Shown here piece after piece: positions 23,666-36,788 of a DNA stretch of 64,000 nucleotides. The stretch is from Thalia democratica (taxonomy: Eukaryota), in assembly GCA_965202585.1 (NCBI GenBank), contig CBDBBG010000067.1, forward strand, positions 1-64,000, in the 5' to 3' direction. A program made the translations under genes and the position numbers. The notes under the pieces were generated by a model. That model was not told the origin of the DNA. It saw only the letters and a list, made by a program, of their open reading frames with translations, and did not search any database. The first letter of the stretch is position 1. Each line of letters starts with the position of its first letter.

Positions 23666-24523
23666 AGCTTTATTATAGATTATTATCTTTAAAAAAAAAA
23701 ACTTAAAATTATTTAGTGAATTATATTGCTATTGTAATTGAATGTCAAACTTTAATTAACAATTAATTTTAAACTCAGAAAGAAACATTTTATTGAGAAT
23801 AGCTATCGCTATCTATTATATAAAGATAAGTGTGCATATATTTTACTTTCTAAATACTAGTTAAAATATATTATTTAAGAACTTGATAACAGCAACTTCG
23901 TCGAATTTTCACAAGTCGAATGTTTAGTGTTGTCAACGCAAGCTATACAAAATTATGCAAATTTTTTCAACATAAAATTGTATGATTCTATGCACATGCC
24001 TGTGGACCAAATTTTTTCCAAATAAAAGAGGATTAACTGTGCGAATACATTGAAACATCACTTTTAAATGACTTTAACCAACAAATAGCTTGTTTTTCAC
24101 CATGTTTAAGTGAAAGAATTGTGAAAAACAAGCAAAAACTAAGAAAATTAGTGAAAATTCATTTTTTTGCACTTTTAAGTGGAAAATGCACTATAAAATG
24201 CTTAATAAAACAATTTTTGAACATTTAAATGTACTAAAAATACACAATTATTGCTCATGTTGGCCATGGCCTGCTTTCTAGCATGTTTTTGGGTTTGGTT
24301 GAAAAATTGAAAATATCACGCTGACGTGCTAGTTTGACCATTTTTTAAACTGGCCCATCAAACAAGGCTGATTCTTAATAGAACTCTTTTGAACTGTTAT
24401 TGTGTAAATTTTCAGTCAACCTTTCATTTTATAATTTCACAGTTTTTACAACTTCCTTAATTTTTCATTTTCTGTCCGCAGATCATCAAATTTCAGTTTA
24501 AAATATAGAAGTTTAGTAATTCA

Positions 24524-25123
24524 TTAGCTTTTCCAATAAATCCGACTATCGACCTTCACGTAGAATGTTGAATACCCGAAGTCAATCAGGTAGATCGTGT
24601 TTTGATCGAACAATCCTGTCATGAGGTTCTCGGATTTGATGTCGTTGTGAACGATGCCACAGCTGTGAACGTGATTCAGTATTTTCAACACTTGCAAGGC
24701 TACCTTCACCGTGGTCTTCAACGAAAACTTGTCCTTTCTCGTCTCTTCTCTTTTATCAAACAGGTCCTTTCCGAGTATTTCGACAACAAAACTCTGCCTT
24801 TCCTCATGAACAAATCTCGGACCGATCTTCGGAATGCCGCGAACGTTTTCCTGTTGGAGAATTTTCAGGAACTCGTACTCCCGCAAAATGTATTTGTCTT
24901 TGCTTTGAGCTGACGAAGTCTTGACCACGACATGTTTGTTTTTATAAGTGGCGTTGTACACGCAGCCGCACCCTCCTTCTTCTAACAACTCTTTCACTAC
25001 TAAATCTTCTCTGTCAAACAAAATTGGTTTTTTCAATTTTTTTTCTGAATCTTCTTCCGACGTTTTGCTGGTTTCTTCGTCGGAATTTCGTGGTGCTAAG
25101 TATTTTTCTTCGTTTTGTTTCAT
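24524..25123 (-). CDS. Truncated CK1-like kinase, type A (199 aa)
   Basis: Protein identical to 1189-1788. Confidence 0.8.
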   Translation of the reverse strand: MKQNEEKYLAPRNSDEETSKTSEEDSEKKLKKPILFDREDLVVKELLEEGGCGCVYNATYKNKHVVVKTSSAQSKDKYILREYEFLKILQQENVRGIPKIGPRFVHEERQSFVVEILGKDLFDKREETRKDKFSLKTTVKVALQVLKILNHVHSCGIVHNDIKSENLMTGLFDQNTIYLIDFGYSTFYVKVDSRIYWKS

Positions 25124-25981
25124 AGCTTTATTATAGATTATTATCTTTAAAAAAAAAAACTTAAAATTATTTAGTGAATTATATTGCTATTGTAATTGAA
25201 TGTCAAACTTTAATTAACAATTAATTTTAAACTCAGAAAGAAACATTTTATTGAGAATAGCTATCGCTATCTATTATATAAAGATAAGTGTGCATATATT
25301 TTACTTTCTAAATACTAGTTAAAATATATTATTTAAGAACTTGATAACAGCAACTTCGTCGAATTTTCACAAGTCGAATGTTTAGTGTTGTCAACGCAAG
25401 CTATACAAAATTATGCAAATTTTTTCAACATAAAATTGTATGATTCTATGCACATGCCTGTGGACCAAATTTTTTCCAAATAAAAGAGGATTAACTGTGC
25501 GAATACATTGAAACATCACTTTTAAATGACTTTAACCAACAAATAGCTTGTTTTTCACCATGTTTAAGTGAAAGAATTGTGAAAAACAAGCAAAAACTAA
25601 GAAAATTAGTGAAAATTCATTTTTTTGCACTTTTAAGTGGAAAATGCACTATAAAATGCTTAATAAAACAATTTTTGAACATTTAAATGTACTAAAAATA
25701 CACAATTATTGCTCATGTTGGCCATGGCCTGCTTTCTAGCATGTTTTTGGGTTTGGTTGAAAAATTGAAAATATCACGCTGACGTGCTAGTTTGACCATT
25801 TTTTAAACTGGCCCATCAAACAAGGCTGATTCTTAATAGAACTCTTTTGAACTGTTATTGTGTAAATTTTCAGTCAACCTTTCATTTTATAATTTCACAG
25901 TTTTTACAACTTCCTTAATTTTTCATTTTCTGTCCGCAGATCATCAAATTTCAGTTTAAAATATAGAAGTTTAGTAATTCA

Positions 25982-26581
25982 TTAGCTTTTCCAATAAATC
26001 CGACTATCGACCTTCACGTAGAATGTTGAATACCCGAAGTCAATCAGGTAGATCGTGTTTTGATCGAACAATCCTGTCATGAGGTTCTCGGATTTGATGT
26101 CGTTGTGAACGATGCCACAGCTGTGAACGTGATTCAGTATTTTCAACACTTGCAAGGCTACCTTCACCGTGGTCTTCAACGAAAACTTGTCCTTTCTCGT
26201 CTCTTCTCTTTTATCAAACAGGTCCTTTCCGAGTATTTCGACAACAAAACTCTGCCTTTCCTCATGAACAAATCTCGGACCGATCTTCGGAATGCCGCGA
26301 ACGTTTTCCTGTTGGAGAATTTTCAGGAACTCGTACTCCCGCAAAATGTATTTGTCTTTGCTTTGAGCTGACGAAGTCTTGACCACGACATGTTTGTTTT
26401 TATAAGTGGCGTTGTACACGCAGCCGCACCCTCCTTCTTCTAACAACTCTTTCACTACTAAATCTTCTCTGTCAAACAAAATTGGTTTTTTCAATTTTTT
26501 TTCTGAATCTTCTTCCGACGTTTTGCTGGTTTCTTCGTCGGAATTTCGTGGTGCTAAGTATTTTTCTTCGTTTTGTTTCAT
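25982..26581 (-). CDS. Truncated CK1-like kinase, type A (199 aa)
   Basis: Protein identical to 1189-1788. Confidence 0.8.
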   Translation of the reverse strand: MKQNEEKYLAPRNSDEETSKTSEEDSEKKLKKPILFDREDLVVKELLEEGGCGCVYNATYKNKHVVVKTSSAQSKDKYILREYEFLKILQQENVRGIPKIGPRFVHEERQSFVVEILGKDLFDKREETRKDKFSLKTTVKVALQVLKILNHVHSCGIVHNDIKSENLMTGLFDQNTIYLIDFGYSTFYVKVDSRIYWKS

Positions 26582-27439
26582 AGCTTTATTATAGATTATT
26601 ATCTTTAAAAAAAAAAACTTAAAATTATTTAGTGAATTATATTGCTATTGTAATTGAATGTCAAACTTTAATTAACAATTAATTTTAAACTCAGAAAGAA
26701 ACATTTTATTGAGAATAGCTATCGCTATCTATTATATAAAGATAAGTGTGCATATATTTTACTTTCTAAATACTAGTTAAAATATATTATTTAAGAACTT
26801 GATAACAGCAACTTCGTCGAATTTTCACAAGTCGAATGTTTAGTGTTGTCAACGCAAGCTATACAAAATTATGCAAATTTTTTCAACATAAAATTGTATG
26901 ATTCTATGCACATGCCTGTGGACCAAATTTTTTCCAAATAAAAGAGGATTAACTGTGCGAATACATTGAAACATCACTTTTAAATGACTTTAACCAACAA
27001 ATAGCTTGTTTTTCACCATGTTTAAGTGAAAGAATTGTGAAAAACAAGCAAAAACTAAGAAAATTAGTGAAAATTCATTTTTTTGCACTTTTAAGTGGAA
27101 AATGCACTATAAAATGCTTAATAAAACAATTTTTGAACATTTAAATGTACTAAAAATACACAATTATTGCTCATGTTGGCCATGGCCTGCTTTCTAGCAT
27201 GTTTTTGGGTTTGGTTGAAAAATTGAAAATATCACGCTGACGTGCTAGTTTGACCATTTTTTAAACTGGCCCATCAAACAAGGCTGATTCTTAATAGAAC
27301 TCTTTTGAACTGTTATTGTGTAAATTTTCAGTCAACCTTTCATTTTATAATTTCACAGTTTTTACAACTTCCTTAATTTTTCATTTTCTGTCCGCAGATC
27401 ATCAAATTTCAGTTTAAAATATAGAAGTTTAGTAATTCA

Positions 27440-28039
27440 TTAGCTTTTCCAATAAATCCGACTATCGACCTTCACGTAGAATGTTGAATACCCGAAGTCA
27501 ATCAGGTAGATCGTGTTTTGATCGAACAATCCTGTCATGAGGTTCTCGGATTTGATGTCGTTGTGAACGATGCCACAGCTGTGAACGTGATTCAGTATTT
27601 TCAACACTTGCAAGGCTACCTTCACCGTGGTCTTCAACGAAAACTTGTCCTTTCTCGTCTCTTCTCTTTTATCAAACAGGTCCTTTCCGAGTATTTCGAC
27701 AACAAAACTCTGCCTTTCCTCATGAACAAATCTCGGACCGATCTTCGGAATGCCGCGAACGTTTTCCTGTTGGAGAATTTTCAGGAACTCGTACTCCCGC
27801 AAAATGTATTTGTCTTTGCTTTGAGCTGACGAAGTCTTGACCACGACATGTTTGTTTTTATAAGTGGCGTTGTACACGCAGCCGCACCCTCCTTCTTCTA
27901 ACAACTCTTTCACTACTAAATCTTCTCTGTCAAACAAAATTGGTTTTTTCAATTTTTTTTCTGAATCTTCTTCCGACGTTTTGCTGGTTTCTTCGTCGGA
28001 ATTTCGTGGTGCTAAGTATTTTTCTTCGTTTTGTTTCAT
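27440..28039 (-). CDS. Truncated CK1-like kinase, type A (199 aa)
   Basis: Protein identical to 1189-1788. Confidence 0.8.
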   Translation of the reverse strand: MKQNEEKYLAPRNSDEETSKTSEEDSEKKLKKPILFDREDLVVKELLEEGGCGCVYNATYKNKHVVVKTSSAQSKDKYILREYEFLKILQQENVRGIPKIGPRFVHEERQSFVVEILGKDLFDKREETRKDKFSLKTTVKVALQVLKILNHVHSCGIVHNDIKSENLMTGLFDQNTIYLIDFGYSTFYVKVDSRIYWKS

Positions 28040-28897
28040 AGCTTTATTATAGATTATTATCTTTAAAAAAAAAAACTTAAAATTATTTAGTGAATTATAT
28101 TGCTATTGTAATTGAATGTCAAACTTTAATTAACAATTAATTTTAAACTCAGAAAGAAACATTTTATTGAGAATAGCTATCGCTATCTATTATATAAAGA
28201 TAAGTGTGCATATATTTTACTTTCTAAATACTAGTTAAAATATATTATTTAAGAACTTGATAACAGCAACTTCGTCGAATTTTCACAAGTCGAATGTTTA
28301 GTGTTGTCAACGCAAGCTATACAAAATTATGCAAATTTTTTCAACATAAAATTGTATGATTCTATGCACATGCCTGTGGACCAAATTTTTTCCAAATAAA
28401 AGAGGATTAACTGTGCGAATACATTGAAACATCACTTTTAAATGACTTTAACCAACAAATAGCTTGTTTTTCACCATGTTTAAGTGAAAGAATTGTGAAA
28501 AACAAGCAAAAACTAAGAAAATTAGTGAAAATTCATTTTTTTGCACTTTTAAGTGGAAAATGCACTATAAAATGCTTAATAAAACAATTTTTGAACATTT
28601 AAATGTACTAAAAATACACAATTATTGCTCATGTTGGCCATGGCCTGCTTTCTAGCATGTTTTTGGGTTTGGTTGAAAAATTGAAAATATCACGCTGACG
28701 TGCTAGTTTGACCATTTTTTAAACTGGCCCATCAAACAAGGCTGATTCTTAATAGAACTCTTTTGAACTGTTATTGTGTAAATTTTCAGTCAACCTTTCA
28801 TTTTATAATTTCACAGTTTTTACAACTTCCTTAATTTTTCATTTTCTGTCCGCAGATCATCAAATTTCAGTTTAAAATATAGAAGTTTAGTAATTCA

Positions 28898-29497
28898 TTA
28901 GCTTTTCCAATAAATCCGACTATCGACCTTCACGTAGAATGTTGAATACCCGAAGTCAATCAGGTAGATCGTGTTTTGATCGAACAATCCTGTCATGAGG
29001 TTCTCGGATTTGATGTCGTTGTGAACGATGCCACAGCTGTGAACGTGATTCAGTATTTTCAACACTTGCAAGGCTACCTTCACCGTGGTCTTCAACGAAA
29101 ACTTGTCCTTTCTCGTCTCTTCTCTTTTATCAAACAGGTCCTTTCCGAGTATTTCGACAACAAAACTCTGCCTTTCCTCATGAACAAATCTCGGACCGAT
29201 CTTCGGAATGCCGCGAACGTTTTCCTGTTGGAGAATTTTCAGGAACTCGTACTCCCGCAAAATGTATTTGTCTTTGCTTTGAGCTGACGAAGTCTTGACC
29301 ACGACATGTTTGTTTTTATAAGTGGCGTTGTACACGCAGCCGCACCCTCCTTCTTCTAACAACTCTTTCACTACTAAATCTTCTCTGTCAAACAAAATTG
29401 GTTTTTTCAATTTTTTTTCTGAATCTTCTTCCGACGTTTTGCTGGTTTCTTCGTCGGAATTTCGTGGTGCTAAGTATTTTTCTTCGTTTTGTTTCAT
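28898..29497 (-). CDS. Truncated CK1-like kinase, type A (199 aa)
   Basis: Protein identical to 1189-1788. Confidence 0.8.
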   Translation of the reverse strand: MKQNEEKYLAPRNSDEETSKTSEEDSEKKLKKPILFDREDLVVKELLEEGGCGCVYNATYKNKHVVVKTSSAQSKDKYILREYEFLKILQQENVRGIPKIGPRFVHEERQSFVVEILGKDLFDKREETRKDKFSLKTTVKVALQVLKILNHVHSCGIVHNDIKSENLMTGLFDQNTIYLIDFGYSTFYVKVDSRIYWKS

Positions 29498-30355
29498 AGC
29501 TTTATTATAGATTATTATCTTTAAAAAAAAAAACTTAAAATTATTTAGTGAATTATATTGCTATTGTAATTGAATGTCAAACTTTAATTAACAATTAATT
29601 TTAAACTCAGAAAGAAACATTTTATTGAGAATAGCTATCGCTATCTATTATATAAAGATAAGTGTGCATATATTTTACTTTCTAAATACTAGTTAAAATA
29701 TATTATTTAAGAACTTGATAACAGCAACTTCGTCGAATTTTCACAAGTCGAATGTTTAGTGTTGTCAACGCAAGCTATACAAAATTATGCAAATTTTTTC
29801 AACATAAAATTGTATGATTCTATGCACATGCCTGTGGACCAAATTTTTTCCAAATAAAAGAGGATTAACTGTGCGAATACATTGAAACATCACTTTTAAA
29901 TGACTTTAACCAACAAATAGCTTGTTTTTCACCATGTTTAAGTGAAAGAATTGTGAAAAACAAGCAAAAACTAAGAAAATTAGTGAAAATTCATTTTTTT
30001 GCACTTTTAAGTGGAAAATGCACTATAAAATGCTTAATAAAACAATTTTTGAACATTTAAATGTACTAAAAATACACAATTATTGCTCATGTTGGCCATG
30101 GCCTGCTTTCTAGCATGTTTTTGGGTTTGGTTGAAAAATTGAAAATATCACGCTGACGTGCTAGTTTGACCATTTTTTAAACTGGCCCATCAAACAAGGC
30201 TGATTCTTAATAGAACTCTTTTGAACTGTTATTGTGTAAATTTTCAGTCAACCTTTCATTTTATAATTTCACAGTTTTTACAACTTCCTTAATTTTTCAT
30301 TTTCTGTCCGCAGATCATCAAATTTCAGTTTAAAATATAGAAGTTTAGTAATTCA

Positions 30356-30955
30356 TTAGCTTTTCCAATAAATCCGACTATCGACCTTCACGTAGAATGT
30401 TGAATACCCGAAGTCAATCAGGTAGATCGTGTTTTGATCGAACAATCCTGTCATGAGGTTCTCGGATTTGATGTCGTTGTGAACGATGCCACAGCTGTGA
30501 ACGTGATTCAGTATTTTCAACACTTGCAAGGCTACCTTCACCGTGGTCTTCAACGAAAACTTGTCCTTTCTCGTCTCTTCTCTTTTATCAAACAGGTCCT
30601 TTCCGAGTATTTCGACAACAAAACTCTGCCTTTCCTCATGAACAAATCTCGGACCGATCTTCGGAATGCCGCGAACGTTTTCCTGTTGGAGAATTTTCAG
30701 GAACTCGTACTCCCGCAAAATGTATTTGTCTTTGCTTTGAGCTGACGAAGTCTTGACCACGACATGTTTGTTTTTATAAGTGGCGTTGTACACGCAGCCG
30801 CACCCTCCTTCTTCTAACAACTCTTTCACTACTAAATCTTCTCTGTCAAACAAAATTGGTTTTTTCAATTTTTTTTCTGAATCTTCTTCCGACGTTTTGC
30901 TGGTTTCTTCGTCGGAATTTCGTGGTGCTAAGTATTTTTCTTCGTTTTGTTTCAT
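30356..30955 (-). CDS. Truncated CK1-like kinase, type A (199 aa)
   Basis: Protein identical to 1189-1788. Confidence 0.8.
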   Translation of the reverse strand: MKQNEEKYLAPRNSDEETSKTSEEDSEKKLKKPILFDREDLVVKELLEEGGCGCVYNATYKNKHVVVKTSSAQSKDKYILREYEFLKILQQENVRGIPKIGPRFVHEERQSFVVEILGKDLFDKREETRKDKFSLKTTVKVALQVLKILNHVHSCGIVHNDIKSENLMTGLFDQNTIYLIDFGYSTFYVKVDSRIYWKS

Positions 30956-31814
30956 AGCTTTATTATAGATTATTATCTTTAAAAAAAAAAAACTTAAAAT
31001 TATTTAGTGAATTATATTGCTATTGTAATTGAATGTCAAACTTTAATTAACAATTAATTTTAAACTCAGAAAGAAACATTTTATTGAGAATAGCTATCGC
31101 TATCTATTATATAAAGATAAGTGTGCATATATTTTACTTTCTAAATACTAGTTAAAATATATTATTTAAGAACTTGATAACAGCAACTTCGTCGAATTTT
31201 CACAAGTCGAATGTTTAGTGTTGTCAACGCAAGCTATACAAAATTATGCAAATTTTTTCAACATAAAATTGTATGATTCTATGCACATGCCTGTGGACCA
31301 AATTTTTTCCAAATAAAAGAGGATTAACTGTGCGAATACATTGAAACATCACTTTTAAATGACTTTAACCAACAAATAGCTTGTTTTTCACCATGTTTAA
31401 GTGAAAGAATTGTGAAAAACAAGCAAAAACTAAGAAAATTAGTGAAAATTCATTTTTTTGCACTTTTAAGTGGAAAATGCACTATAAAATGCTTAATAAA
31501 ACAATTTTTGAACATTTAAATGTACTAAAAATACACAATTATTGCTCATGTTGGCCATGGCCTGCTTTCTAGCATGTTTTTGGGTTTGGTTGAAAAATTG
31601 AAAATATCACGCTGACGTGCTAGTTTGACCATTTTTTAAACTGGCCCATCAAACAAGGCTGATTCTTAATAGAACTCTTTTGAACTGTTATTGTGTAAAT
31701 TTTCAGTCAACCTTTCATTTTATAATTTCACAGTTTTTACAACTTCCTTAATTTTTCATTTTCTGTCCGCAGATCATCAAATTTCAGTTTAAAATATAGA
31801 AGTTTAGTAATTCA

Positions 31815-32414
31815 TTAGCTTTTCCAATAAATCCGACTATCGACCTTCACGTAGAATGTTGAATACCCGAAGTCAATCAGGTAGATCGTGTTTTGATCGA
31901 ACAATCCTGTCATGAGGTTCTCGGATTTGATGTCGTTGTGAACGATGCCACAGCTGTGAACGTGATTCAGTATTTTCAACACTTGCAAGGCTACCTTCAC
32001 CGTGGTCTTCAACGAAAACTTGTCCTTTCTCGTCTCTTCTCTTTTATCAAACAGGTCCTTTCCGAGTATTTCGACAACAAAACTCTGCCTTTCCTCATGA
32101 ACAAATCTCGGACCGATCTTCGGAATGCCGCGAACGTTTTCCTGTTGGAGAATTTTCAGGAACTCGTACTCCCGCAAAATGTATTTGTCTTTGCTTTGAG
32201 CTGACGAAGTCTTGACCACGACATGTTTGTTTTTATAAGTGGCGTTGTACACGCAGCCGCACCCTCCTTCTTCTAACAACTCTTTCACTACTAAATCTTC
32301 TCTGTCAAACAAAATTGGTTTTTTCAATTTTTTTTCTGAATCTTCTTCCGACGTTTTGCTGGTTTCTTCGTCGGAATTTCGTGGTGCTAAGTATTTTTCT
32401 TCGTTTTGTTTCAT
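31815..32414 (-). CDS. Truncated CK1-like kinase, type A (199 aa)
   Basis: Protein identical to 1189-1788. Confidence 0.8.
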   Translation of the reverse strand: MKQNEEKYLAPRNSDEETSKTSEEDSEKKLKKPILFDREDLVVKELLEEGGCGCVYNATYKNKHVVVKTSSAQSKDKYILREYEFLKILQQENVRGIPKIGPRFVHEERQSFVVEILGKDLFDKREETRKDKFSLKTTVKVALQVLKILNHVHSCGIVHNDIKSENLMTGLFDQNTIYLIDFGYSTFYVKVDSRIYWKS

Positions 32415-33272
32415 AGCTTTATTATAGATTATTATCTTTAAAAAAAAAAACTTAAAATTATTTAGTGAATTATATTGCTATTGTAATTGAATGTCAAACT
32501 TTAATTAACAATTAATTTTAAACTCAGAAAGAAACATTTTATTGAGAATAGCTATCGCTATCTATTATATAAAGATAAGTGTGCATATATTTTACTTTCT
32601 AAATACTAGTTAAAATATATTATTTAAGAACTTGATAACAGCAACTTCGTCGAATTTTCACAAGTCGAATGTTTAGTGTTGTCAACGCAAGCTATACAAA
32701 ATTATGCAAATTTTTTCAACATAAAATTGTATGATTCTATGCACATGCCTGTGGACCAAATTTTTTCCAAATAAAAGAGGATTAACTGTGCGAATACATT
32801 GAAACATCACTTTTAAATGACTTTAACCAACAAATAGCTTGTTTTTCACCATGTTTAAGTGAAAGAATTGTGAAAAACAAGCAAAAACTAAGAAAATTAG
32901 TGAAAATTCATTTTTTTGCACTTTTAAGTGGAAAATGCACTATAAAATGCTTAATAAAACAATTTTTGAACATTTAAATGTACTAAAAATACACAATTAT
33001 TGCTCATGTTGGCCATGGCCTGCTTTCTAGCATGTTTTTGGGTTTGGTTGAAAAATTGAAAATATCACGCTGACGTGCTAGTTTGACCATTTTTTAAACT
33101 GGCCCATCAAACAAGGCTGATTCTTAATAGAACTCTTTTGAACTGTTATTGTGTAAATTTTCAGTCAACCTTTCATTTTATAATTTCACAGTTTTTACAA
33201 CTTCCTTAATTTTTCATTTTCTGTCCGCAGATCATCAAATTTCAGTTTAAAATATAGAAGTTTAGTAATTCA

Positions 33273-33872
33273 TTAGCTTTTCCAATAAATCCGACTATCG
33301 ACCTTCACGTAGAATGTTGAATACCCGAAGTCAATCAGGTAGATCGTGTTTTGATCGAACAATCCTGTCATGAGGTTCTCGGATTTGATGTCGTTGTGAA
33401 CGATGCCACAGCTGTGAACGTGATTCAGTATTTTCAACACTTGCAAGGCTACCTTCACCGTGGTCTTCAACGAAAACTTGTCCTTTCTCGTCTCTTCTCT
33501 TTTATCAAACAGGTCCTTTCCGAGTATTTCGACAACAAAACTCTGCCTTTCCTCATGAACAAATCTCGGACCGATCTTCGGAATGCCGCGAACGTTTTCC
33601 TGTTGGAGAATTTTCAGGAACTCGTACTCCCGCAAAATGTATTTGTCTTTGCTTTGAGCTGACGAAGTCTTGACCACGACATGTTTGTTTTTATAAGTGG
33701 CGTTGTACACGCAGCCGCACCCTCCTTCTTCTAACAACTCTTTCACTACTAAATCTTCTCTGTCAAACAAAATTGGTTTTTTCAATTTTTTTTCTGAATC
33801 TTCTTCCGACGTTTTGCTGGTTTCTTCGTCGGAATTTCGTGGTGCTAAGTATTTTTCTTCGTTTTGTTTCAT
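33273..33872 (-). CDS. Truncated CK1-like kinase, type A (199 aa)
   Basis: Protein identical to 1189-1788. Confidence 0.8.
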   Translation of the reverse strand: MKQNEEKYLAPRNSDEETSKTSEEDSEKKLKKPILFDREDLVVKELLEEGGCGCVYNATYKNKHVVVKTSSAQSKDKYILREYEFLKILQQENVRGIPKIGPRFVHEERQSFVVEILGKDLFDKREETRKDKFSLKTTVKVALQVLKILNHVHSCGIVHNDIKSENLMTGLFDQNTIYLIDFGYSTFYVKVDSRIYWKS

Positions 33873-34730
33873 AGCTTTATTATAGATTATTATCTTTAAA
33901 AAAAAAAACTTAAAATTATTTAGTGAATTATATTGCTATTGTAATTGAATGTCAAACTTTAATTAACAATTAATTTTAAACTCAGAAAGAAACATTTTAT
34001 TGAGAATAGCTATCGCTATCTATTATATAAAGATAAGTGTGCATATATTTTACTTTCTAAATACTAGTTAAAATATATTATTTAAGAACTTGATAACAGC
34101 AACTTCGTCGAATTTTCACAAGTCGAATGTTTAGTGTTGTCAACGCAAGCTATACAAAATTATGCAAATTTTTTCAACATAAAATTGTATGATTCTATGC
34201 ACATGCCTGTGGACCAAATTTTTTCCAAATAAAAGAGGATTAACTGTGCGAATACATTGAAACATCACTTTTAAATGACTTTAACCAACAAATAGCTTGT
34301 TTTTCACCATGTTTAAGTGAAAGAATTGTGAAAAACAAGCAAAAACTAAGAAAATTAGTGAAAATTCATTTTTTTGCACTTTTAAGTGGAAAATGCACTA
34401 TAAAATGCTTAATAAAACAATTTTTGAACATTTAAATGTACTAAAAATACACAATTATTGCTCATGTTGGCCATGGCCTGCTTTCTAGCATGTTTTTGGG
34501 TTTGGTTGAAAAATTGAAAATATCACGCTGACGTGCTAGTTTGACCATTTTTTAAACTGGCCCATCAAACAAGGCTGATTCTTAATAGAACTCTTTTGAA
34601 CTGTTATTGTGTAAATTTTCAGTCAACCTTTCATTTTATAATTTCACAGTTTTTACAACTTCCTTAATTTTTCATTTTCTGTCCGCAGATCATCAAATTT
34701 CAGTTTAAAATATAGAAGTTTAGTAATTCA

Positions 34731-35330
34731 TTAGCTTTTCCAATAAATCCGACTATCGACCTTCACGTAGAATGTTGAATACCCGAAGTCAATCAGGTAG
34801 ATCGTGTTTTGATCGAACAATCCTGTCATGAGGTTCTCGGATTTGATGTCGTTGTGAACGATGCCACAGCTGTGAACGTGATTCAGTATTTTCAACACTT
34901 GCAAGGCTACCTTCACCGTGGTCTTCAACGAAAACTTGTCCTTTCTCGTCTCTTCTCTTTTATCAAACAGGTCCTTTCCGAGTATTTCGACAACAAAACT
35001 CTGCCTTTCCTCATGAACAAATCTCGGACCGATCTTCGGAATGCCGCGAACGTTTTCCTGTTGGAGAATTTTCAGGAACTCGTACTCCCGCAAAATGTAT
35101 TTGTCTTTGCTTTGAGCTGACGAAGTCTTGACCACGACATGTTTGTTTTTATAAGTGGCGTTGTACACGCAGCCGCACCCTCCTTCTTCTAACAACTCTT
35201 TCACTACTAAATCTTCTCTGTCAAACAAAATTGGTTTTTTCAATTTTTTTTCTGAATCTTCTTCCGACGTTTTGCTGGTTTCTTCGTCGGAATTTCGTGG
35301 TGCTAAGTATTTTTCTTCGTTTTGTTTCAT
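34731..35330 (-). CDS. Truncated CK1-like kinase, type A (199 aa)
   Basis: Protein identical to 1189-1788. Confidence 0.8.
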   Translation of the reverse strand: MKQNEEKYLAPRNSDEETSKTSEEDSEKKLKKPILFDREDLVVKELLEEGGCGCVYNATYKNKHVVVKTSSAQSKDKYILREYEFLKILQQENVRGIPKIGPRFVHEERQSFVVEILGKDLFDKREETRKDKFSLKTTVKVALQVLKILNHVHSCGIVHNDIKSENLMTGLFDQNTIYLIDFGYSTFYVKVDSRIYWKS

Positions 35331-36188
35331 AGCTTTATTATAGATTATTATCTTTAAAAAAAAAAACTTAAAATTATTTAGTGAATTATATTGCTATTGT
35401 AATTGAATGTCAAACTTTAATTAACAATTAATTTTAAACTCAGAAAGAAACATTTTATTGAGAATAGCTATCGCTATCTATTATATAAAGATAAGTGTGC
35501 ATATATTTTACTTTCTAAATACTAGTTAAAATATATTATTTAAGAACTTGATAACAGCAACTTCGTCGAATTTTCACAAGTCGAATGTTTAGTGTTGTCA
35601 ACGCAAGCTATACAAAATTATGCAAATTTTTTCAACATAAAATTGTATGATTCTATGCACATGCCTGTGGACCAAATTTTTTCCAAATAAAAGAGGATTA
35701 ACTGTGCGAATACATTGAAACATCACTTTTAAATGACTTTAACCAACAAATAGCTTGTTTTTCACCATGTTTAAGTGAAAGAATTGTGAAAAACAAGCAA
35801 AAACTAAGAAAATTAGTGAAAATTCATTTTTTTGCACTTTTAAGTGGAAAATGCACTATAAAATGCTTAATAAAACAATTTTTGAACATTTAAATGTACT
35901 AAAAATACACAATTATTGCTCATGTTGGCCATGGCCTGCTTTCTAGCATGTTTTTGGGTTTGGTTGAAAAATTGAAAATATCACGCTGACGTGCTAGTTT
36001 GACCATTTTTTAAACTGGCCCATCAAACAAGGCTGATTCTTAATAGAACTCTTTTGAACTGTTATTGTGTAAATTTTCAGTCAACCTTTCATTTTATAAT
36101 TTCACAGTTTTTACAACTTCCTTAATTTTTCATTTTCTGTCCGCAGATCATCAAATTTCAGTTTAAAATATAGAAGTTTAGTAATTCA

Positions 36189-36788
36189 TTAGCTTTTCCA
36201 ATAAATCCGACTATCGACCTTCACGTAGAATGTTGAATACCCGAAGTCAATCAGGTAGATCGTGTTTTGATCGAACAATCCTGTCATGAGGTTCTCGGAT
36301 TTGATGTCGTTGTGAACGATGCCACAGCTGTGAACGTGATTCAGTATTTTCAACACTTGCAAGGCTACCTTCACCGTGGTCTTCAACGAAAACTTGTCCT
36401 TTCTCGTCTCTTCTCTTTTATCAAACAGGTCCTTTCCGAGTATTTCGACAACAAAACTCTGCCTTTCCTCATGAACAAATCTCGGACCGATCTTCGGAAT
36501 GCCGCGAACGTTTTCCTGTTGGAGAATTTTCAGGAACTCGTACTCCCGCAAAATGTATTTGTCTTTGCTTTGAGCTGACGAAGTCTTGACCACGACATGT
36601 TTGTTTTTATAAGTGGCGTTGTACACGCAGCCGCACCCTCCTTCTTCTAACAACTCTTTCACTACTAAATCTTCTCTGTCAAACAAAATTGGTTTTTTCA
36701 ATTTTTTTTCTGAATCTTCTTCCGACGTTTTGCTGGTTTCTTCGTCGGAATTTCGTGGTGCTAAGTATTTTTCTTCGTTTTGTTTCAT
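36189..36788 (-). CDS. Truncated CK1-like kinase, type A (199 aa), last A copy
   Basis: Protein identical to 1189-1788. Confidence 0.8.
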   Translation of the reverse strand: MKQNEEKYLAPRNSDEETSKTSEEDSEKKLKKPILFDREDLVVKELLEEGGCGCVYNATYKNKHVVVKTSSAQSKDKYILREYEFLKILQQENVRGIPKIGPRFVHEERQSFVVEILGKDLFDKREETRKDKFSLKTTVKVALQVLKILNHVHSCGIVHNDIKSENLMTGLFDQNTIYLIDFGYSTFYVKVDSRIYWKS